Part shown: positions 34,867 to 40,633 of the stretch, piece after piece
How the letters are laid out: each line of letters starts with the position of its first letter
Position numbering within the stretch: the first letter of the stretch is position 1
From: Dimorphilus gyrociliatus
Taxonomy: Eukaryota > Animalia > Annelida
DNA length: 40,633 nucleotides
Direction of reading: 5' to 3'
Assembly: GCA_904063045.1 (NCBI GenBank)
Contig: CAJFCJ010000101.1
Coordinates: 45,838 to 86,470 of the forward strand
Notes under the pieces: model-generated
Databases searched by the model: none
Told to the model about the DNA's origin: nothing
Seen by the model: the letters and a program-made list of their open reading frames with translations, nothing else
Translations under genes and position numbers: made by a program

Positions 34867-35205
34867 TTAATCAATTGACAAAAGATAACTAATTGGTAGC
34901 TTATCTACATGATTTTCAAGCAAAATTGATTTTAAACTTAAAACAGCATAAATATTTAAGATAGTCTTTAAAATGTTATCTCTTACAGTTGAAGAGAATT
35001 GCAGATGTTCTTGTTCATCCAAATCATCAATTATTTCATTTAGGATGTCCCTGATGGAACTTAGGGAGTAGCAGTATTGGTGTATAAATTCATCATAAAT
35101 TTCAGTAATCATAAGCTTGTGAATATCATAGTAGTCTATTAATTGAGGTAATAAAGAATTTACCTCCTGTATTAAGTCAGTGATAACTGATTCAAAAGAA
35201 GACAT
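34867..35205 (-). CDS. 112-aa acidic, helical-looking orphan protein (paralog A)
   Basis: Intact ORF with an acceptor (ttttccacag) directly before the ATG and a 51-nt leader intron at 35206-35256. About 74% identical to paralog B by manual alignment. Confidence 0.8.
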   Translation of the reverse strand: MSSFESVITDLIQEVNSLLPQLIDYYDIHKLMITEIYDEFIHQYCYSLSSIRDILNEIIDDLDEQEHLQFSSTVRDNILKTILNIYAVLSLKSILLENHVDKLPISYLLSID

Positions 35206-35733
35206 CTGTGGAAAAAATATAATTTATAATATCATTTCAGTCAGATTAATTATTACTTAACTATAACTGTGTGTTTCACTTGTTAATGTGATCCTATCAG
35301 TCCAAAATTTCCACTTGATATAAAGTCAGTTTAAGAGTGTATTGCACTTTTATACATAATAAATTTTTTTCTAAACAGAATAACTATTAAAGTAAAATTT
35401 ATAAAAGTTTATAAGTTTAGTTTGAATTTTTCACAATTAAAAATCATTTAACTTATAAATAACTCTATAATAATCTAAATTTTCCCACAACAAATAATAT
35501 TCACTAAATTTCAGCAAAAAATTATCAAGAAATGTTGCTAACAACAAAGCAGATTGTACTCTTGATATAAAAAGGATATTTATTATGTTTTTATTATTTT
35601 AACTGTCAAAATGTCTATTTTTTTTCCTGATCAATATATTTTAGGAAACTTTACATATTCTAATTTCAATTTTTACTTGGGAAGTTTTTAGCATATATTT
35701 TCAAAAAACAAAAACTAAAATATTTGTAAACAT

Positions 35734-36075
35734 TTAAGCTTCATCAATTGTAAAAAAGTAATCAACTGGCAACTTGTCTACTTGATTTGCAAGCAAAATT
35801 GACTTTAAACCTAAAACTGCATTAATGTTCAGAATAGTCTTTAGCATGTTATCCTTGATAGTTGTTGAAAATTGCAGTTGTTCTTCTTCCAATTCATCAA
35901 TTATTACACTTAAGATGTCCCTGATTGAACTTAGAAAGAAGCAATATTGATGGATAAATTCATCATAAATCTCAGTAATCATGAGCTTGTGAATGTCATA
36001 ATATTCTATCAATTCAGGCAATAAATGATTTACTTCTTGTATTAAATTAGTGATAGCTGATTGTAAAGAAGGCAT
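35734..36075 (-). CDS. 113-aa acidic, helical-looking orphan protein (paralog B)
   Basis: Intact ORF with the same 51-nt leader intron (36076-36126). Tandem unit is about 870 bp. Confidence 0.8.
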   Translation of the reverse strand: MPSLQSAITNLIQEVNHLLPELIEYYDIHKLMITEIYDEFIHQYCFFLSSIRDILSVIIDELEEEQLQFSTTIKDNMLKTILNINAVLGLKSILLANQVDKLPVDYFFTIDEA

Positions 36076-36499
36076 CTGTTGAAAAAATATTGTTAATAAA
36101 ATTACATCAGCAACTTTAATTATTACTTAACTGTAATGATGTTATTCACTTCTCTCAGTGATCCTAAGAGTCCAAAATCTCAATTGAATATAAAGTCTAT
36201 GGAAGAATACATTTTACTTTATATAAAATGAATTATTTTTCTTTCTAACTGATAGATATTTTTATAAAATAAAAGTAAAGTTTTCAAGCTTGGTTTAAAT
36301 TTTTCACTAAATGTTAAAATTGAAAATATTTAACTGATTAAAAAAGAACAAAATATATTGCTTTGTAAACTCTTAAACTAATTTTAACATATTCAAGATT
36401 TTCAACAAAAAAGAAATAAAATTCATGTGGGAAAGTGTATATGGAATAATCTCATTATACCAGATTACATTACCTAACATATCAGTGTTATATAATTCC

Positions 36500-36669
36500 T
36501 ATAAAACATTTAAATTCAATCTAAAATTTTCATTTTGTGTTTGTAAGTTGATTATCTCACATCAATACATTTCACCATTTTAAAGAAGCAATTGAAAATT
36601 AAAGGATATCTGTGGTATCTATTTATTGTTACTCTTATATATAAATTATTGAATATTTTAATATTGTAG
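36500..36669 (+). promoter_or_regulatory. TATA box, initiator and 5'-leader intron of the PLE ORF
   Basis: TATAAAA at 36500-36506; TCATTT at 36530-36535 (A at 36532, 32 nt from the TATA start); GTAAGT donor at 36543; TTGTAG acceptor ending 36669, 5 nt before the ATG. Confidence 0.55.
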
Positions 36670-36674
36670 TCAAT

Positions 36675-39600
36675 ATGAACATAAACCAGCAAGCTTACTT
36701 TTCAAAAGTAAGACCTTGGGTATTCCCAAATATGTTTGAAAAGAGGAGCATTGACATATCTCCAGAAAGAAATGATGAATTTGTGAAACAATTGACAAAC
36801 CAACTTAACTTCATTGCAGGATTCATTTCAAAACAAAAGAAATCATATAATGAAATTGTTGATTTAAAGGCTGGTCTCTTTTTTAAAGATCGAGAAATGT
36901 TTACAAAAGAGGCAGAAGAGGAATGCAAAAAGAAATATGCAACATTTCAACAATCTTTACTTGACATCTATCAACAACAATGTGAAATGTTTCTTGATCT
37001 CAACAATTATGATAACCTGTTTATCTTTAAGAGATATGTCAATGATAGACAATTAAAGAAAGCTTTAAGTACTATAAAGAAGGAATACAGCTCTGAGGAA
37101 AATTTCAACAATTTTCAAGAAAAGGTTATAGAATTTTTTTCAGAGGCTAATTCTTCTGCTTCTAATTCTCAAGAAGAAAATAAAATAAATAAAAATATTG
37201 AAGAAACAGAAACAGAGGAAACTGATATACATAAGACTCTTGATAATCTACATTGTCCTGAAATAATTGAAAAGCAAAATGATAAAGAAAATACAACAGA
37301 AATAACTAATAATGACCAGTCAAACCAAGAAGCTACAATAGAAGAGTATGTTGAAATTGAACAAGAAGATCATAGCAATAATGAGGAAATTGTAACAATT
37401 GTACCAATAAAGCATATTTCAAATGTTAGAAAGGAAGAAATACAAAAAATATTACAAGTAACTGATCATTCAAGAAAGTTTACAAACACTCAAGTTCTAA
37501 ATAGAAATTATTACAACAGAGATTTGAAACTTTCTGAAATGTTTTCTAAAATTGGATTCAATTTTAAAACAGAAACTGAAGCAAAAAATCATGCAAAGCT
37601 TCTCAAACCAATAAAAGAAATAAATTCTGACATTATGATTTTGGGAAATAGCTCATTTAGAGATGTCAATATTAAAAATTTATGCTCTTTAAAACTATTA
37701 AATGATTTAGAGAACTACAGTTTAACAGTTGTTAACATCAGTAAATTGTTAGCAATAGATTTGGAAGAAATTGTTGGAAAATGGAACTTGGATTTTAAAA
37801 TTCTTATTCTTCATGTAAACCTAAATGGAGTTGAAGTTGATAGTTTTTTAAATTTAGTAAATGGAAAATTTACTGATTCCAAAAAAATCATATGCTCAAT
37901 TCCTTACACAAATAGAGAACATATACCAAAACCAGAGGAATTTACAAAATTGCAGCAATTTGGTTTGAAAATATTGGATCTGACAAACTTGGAATCTTTG
38001 GGATATAAAGAAAATCCTACAGGAAAGTCAAAAGGGAAGCATTTAACAAAAACTGCACAGGAATTTTGTATCAATTTATGCCTAAAATGCTGTTCTGAAA
38101 GCTTAAATGGAAACCAGGTAGAAAATTTCTCTATTTACAACTTCAATAGCAATAAGTACATTGTTAATTTAAGTAAATATGAAATTCCCAGAGATGTTGA
38201 GGAATTCTTAAATTTAGGTTTAAAGTTTACTTTTCACCAACAAAGTAAAAGCAATTGGCAAAAAATATCTACATTAAATTTAGAGGAATTTTTTAAAAGG
38301 TTGATTTTCGTTGATAAACATATTGAAGGTGAAAGTGAACCTTTAGTAAAAGATTGGAGACCAAAGAAACAAAAATCAGAATTAACACAATCATTTTCAG
38401 ACATTTTTTTAGATGACTGTATAAAAGATTTTAAAATTGATTGTAAAAGGTATTTGAAACAATTTCAATTCAATAACATCAACAACCCTAAAAATAATAA
38501 AAACTTTAAACTCAACAATCAGACACTAATGGAAAGTTTAAAATCATTTTTCTCATTAGACATTATAATAAAATCTTCTGACAAAGGATCATGCCTTGTT
38601 ATTCAGAATAGAGAGGACTACTTAAAAATGTGTCAACATCTAATATCTGATGAAGAACAATATTGCCTTTTAACAAATGGACATGTTTTTACTAAACAAA
38701 ATATTAAATACTATAAAGATCTACTGAAAAAGTATAAATATTGTATTGAAAGTAGTCACTTAAATGCACTATTGGACTCATTAAAAGATTGTAAACCAAG
38801 AAATTTCTATGCTCTTCCAAAAATTCATAAGGAACAACAAACTGATTGGATTGTACCCTTTTCAATTCCAAAAGGCAGACCAGTAATTTCATGTTTAAAT
38901 AGTGAAACTTATGAAATATCAAGATTTATTCACCATCTACTCTATCCAATAAGTAAACTTCATCCTTCTTTCATTGAAAATAGTACAGATATTTTACACC
39001 ATCTTCAAGATTTAATAATACCAAATGATGCCCTTCTAATTACAATGGATATAAAAAGTATGTTCTCTATAATTGATACACATTCTGGATTAAATGCTAT
39101 TGAATATTTCCTTGAGAAATATTCACCATTTGGAAAAGACAATCAGATATTCAAAGAATTTATAATCAATACTTTGAAATATAGCCTTCACAGAAATCAC
39201 TTTCTATTCAATGGACAATTTTATTTGCAAAAACTTGGTTGTGCAATGGGTCAAAGTTATGCTCCTGCCTATGCAAATATTTGGATGGCTTGGATAGAAG
39301 AAACTATAATAGCCAACTTTCAACCATTTCCTTTTTTATACAAAAGATATTTAGATGACATTTTTATTATTTGGACAGATTCAAAAAAAGAATTTGATAT
39401 ATTCTATGCAAAGATCAACAATATAAAAAAGAATTTAAAATTTAAAGTTCAAATTGAAAAATCTAAAATTTCTTTTTTGGATTTGACATTCTTCAAAGGA
39501 ACAAAATTTCTTCAAACTGGAAAACTTGACTATTCTATACACTTTAAAAATTGTGAAACATTCAATTTATTAAATAGAAATTCTCTACATCCTCCCTACA

Positions 39601-40633
39601 CTTTTAAAGGAATTTTAAAAGCACAATTTCAAAGATTTTACATAAATAGCTCTTCTCCCTTCCTTTACAATTACACTTGTGAACTTGTAAAAAAATCTCT
39701 ACAAAGACAAGGCTATTCCCATAAAGAAATTAAAACAGCAATAAAAAAAGTAAGAAGGACCAACTTAAAAATGACCAAAGTTAATTCTGTAATAATTCCA
39801 AAGGATAACCAAATATTTTCAACAATTCTCAAAGAAAGAATTTTAGATATTTCAGATAAGATTCTTATTGGAGATGGTAACAGAGTTGTTAGAAGAAGAA
39901 ATACAATTGATTTGAATGATCAACAACATTCAGTTCTGTTCATTATTCACTGTAAAGAATGCCAGAAAAATATGATAGCCTATTTACAACCTGATTTTGG
40001 AAAGCACATCACCAATATACTATTAATGAACTTGACAAAGTTAAATAATGATTGTCTTTCAGAAAATTTACTTAATCATGATCATCTCTACAAAAATGTT
40101 AGAAAAAATATTCTACTCTTTCCATTGGAACAAATCAGAGATACTTCAATTTTATTAAATCATATTCAACAATTAGTCTACAAGGAGAATATAAAGAATA
40201 TATTTTATCATCCTTTTGGACTTGCAAAATTTACTGTAAATCCTCCATTTAGAAAAATTCCTCTAATATTACCTTACAAAAAAAATCTTTCTCCTTTAAT
40301 AAGTAAGATAAAAAAGAGATACCAAAAACTTCAAATGGAAAAACAAAAATTTCAAAAATACAACTTACTATTCTCCTACCAAACTAATAAAAATAATATA
40401 AGACAAAAGATACTTTATAGTAATTTTGATTTTTTGAAAAAACAGCAATGCCATAATATTGTATTTCAGAAACAACCAAATCAAAGTAATCAAGTTGAAA
40501 AACAGCCAGTAACACCTCTACCACCAATAAGGCATAGATCTTTCCTTCAACCAACAAAAAGATCAATACAGGCTACTGATGATATTCTTACCCCTGGACC
40601 ATCTGGAATTCAAGATACAGTAAAAGATACCAC
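36675..40633 (+). CDS. Penelope-like retroelement polyprotein, >=1319 aa, open at the window end: SGNH-like domain, RT/thumb, degenerate GIY-YIG-like module
   Basis: Manual translation finds no stop from ATG 36675 to the end. PLE motifs: IVNLSKY, LGLKF, IKSSDKG, FYALPKIHK, GRPVIS, MDIKSMF, GCAMGQSYAPAYANIWM, RYLDD (YLDD at 39348-39359), FLDL, NSLHP, IPLILPY, YQTNKN. Confidence 0.93.
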   Translation, partial: MNINQQAYFSKVRPWVFPNMFEKRSIDISPERNDEFVKQLTNQLNFIAGFISKQKKSYNEIVDLKAGLFFKDREMFTKEAEEECKKKYATFQQSLLDIYQQQCEMFLDLNNYDNLFIFKRYVNDRQLKKALSTIKKEYSSEENFNNFQEKVIEFFSEANSSASNSQEENKINKNIEETETEETDIHKTLDNLHCPEIIEKQNDKENTTEITNNDQSNQEATIEEYVEIEQEDHSNNEEIVTIVPIKHISNVRKEEIQKILQVTDHSRKFTNTQVLNRNYYNRDLKLSEMFSKIGFNFKTETEAKNHAKLLKPIKEINSDIMILGNSSFRDVNIKNLCSLKLLNDLENYSLTVVNISKLLAIDLEEIVGKWNLDFKILILHVNLNGVEVDSFLNLVNGKFTDSKKIICSIPYTNREHIPKPEEFTKLQQFGLKILDLTNLESLGYKENPTGKSKGKHLTKTAQEFCINLCLKCCSESLNGNQVENFSIYNFNSNKYIVNLSKYEIPRDVEEFLNLGLKFTFHQQSKSNWQKISTLNLEEFFKRLIFVDKHIEGESEPLVKDWRPKKQKSELTQSFSDIFLDDCIKDFKIDCKRYLKQFQFNNINNPKNNKNFKLNNQTLMESLKSFFSLDIIIKSSDKGSCLVIQNREDYLKMCQHLISDEEQYCLLTNGHVFTKQNIKYYKDLLKKYKYCIESSHLNALLDSLKDCKPRNFYALPKIHKEQQTDWIVPFSIPKGRPVISCLNSETYEISRFIHHLLYPISKLHPSFIENSTDILHHLQDLIIPNDALLITMDIKSMFSIIDTHSGLNAIEYFLEKYSPFGKDNQIFKEFIINTLKYSLHRNHFLFNGQFYLQKLGCAMGQSYAPAYANIWMAWIEETIIANFQPFPFLYKRYLDDIFIIWTDSKKEFDIFYAKINNIKKNLKFKVQIEKSKISFLDLTFFKGTKFLQTGKLDYSIHFKNCETFNLLNRNSLHPPYTFKGILKAQFQRFYINSSSPFLYNYTCELVKKSLQRQGYSHKEIKTAIKKVRRTNLKMTKVNSVIIPKDNQIFSTILKERILDISDKILIGDGNRVVRRRNTIDLNDQQHSVLFIIHCKECQKNMIAYLQPDFGKHITNILLMNLTKLNNDCLSENLLNHDHLYKNVRKNILLFPLEQIRDTSILLNHIQQLVYKENIKNIFYHPFGLAKFTVNPPFRKIPLILPYKKNLSPLISKIKKRYQKLQMEKQKFQKYNLLFSYQTNKNNIRQKILYSNFDFLKKQQCHNIVFQKQPNQSNQVEKQPVTPLPPIRHRSFLQPTKRSIQATDDILTPGPSGIQDTVKDT

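Noticed and set aside
35255-35310. Hammerhead-ribozyme-like string on the minus strand (CTGATAG..TCAC..GTGAAAC) near the PLE
   Set aside because: The core has extra bases relative to CUGANGA, and the paralogous copy (~36125-36175) reads CTCTTAG..GTGAATAAC. It is better explained as the promoter/initiator of the small genes.
34867-36075. Hemerythrin identity for the 112/113-aa helical proteins
   Set aside because: The size fits, but the His/Glu ligand pattern (H..HF..EE..H...H..H....D) is absent.

Overview
Very AT-rich eukaryotic (metazoan-type) DNA with short GT-AG introns of about 50-60 nt; there are no prokaryotic features. Most of the window is a graveyard of nested, decayed transposons: MULE/Mutator, Ty3/Gypsy LTR elements, pogo/Tigger, Merlin/ISXO2 and hAT-like zinc-finger fragments. 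A few host-like genes lie among them: a 5-exon secreted protein with an ITIH-type GDPH C-terminal domain (5799-7386), a broken LGR/GRL101-like GPCR, a small Cys-rich prepropeptide (9127-9432) and two tandem paralogous 112/113-aa orphan genes. The standout is a stop-free ORF of at least 1319 codons (36675 to window end) that is absent from the ORF track because it has no stop in the window. It encodes a Penelope-like RT with an N-terminal SGNH-esterase-like domain and a degenerate GIY-YIG-like module in an unusual position. It has its own TATA/Inr/5'-intron leader and lies back-to-back with the orphan gene pair. A probable second PLE 3' fragment is joined to the broken GPCR through telomere-like repeats. 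All domain calls are motif recognition by eye; no searches were run.
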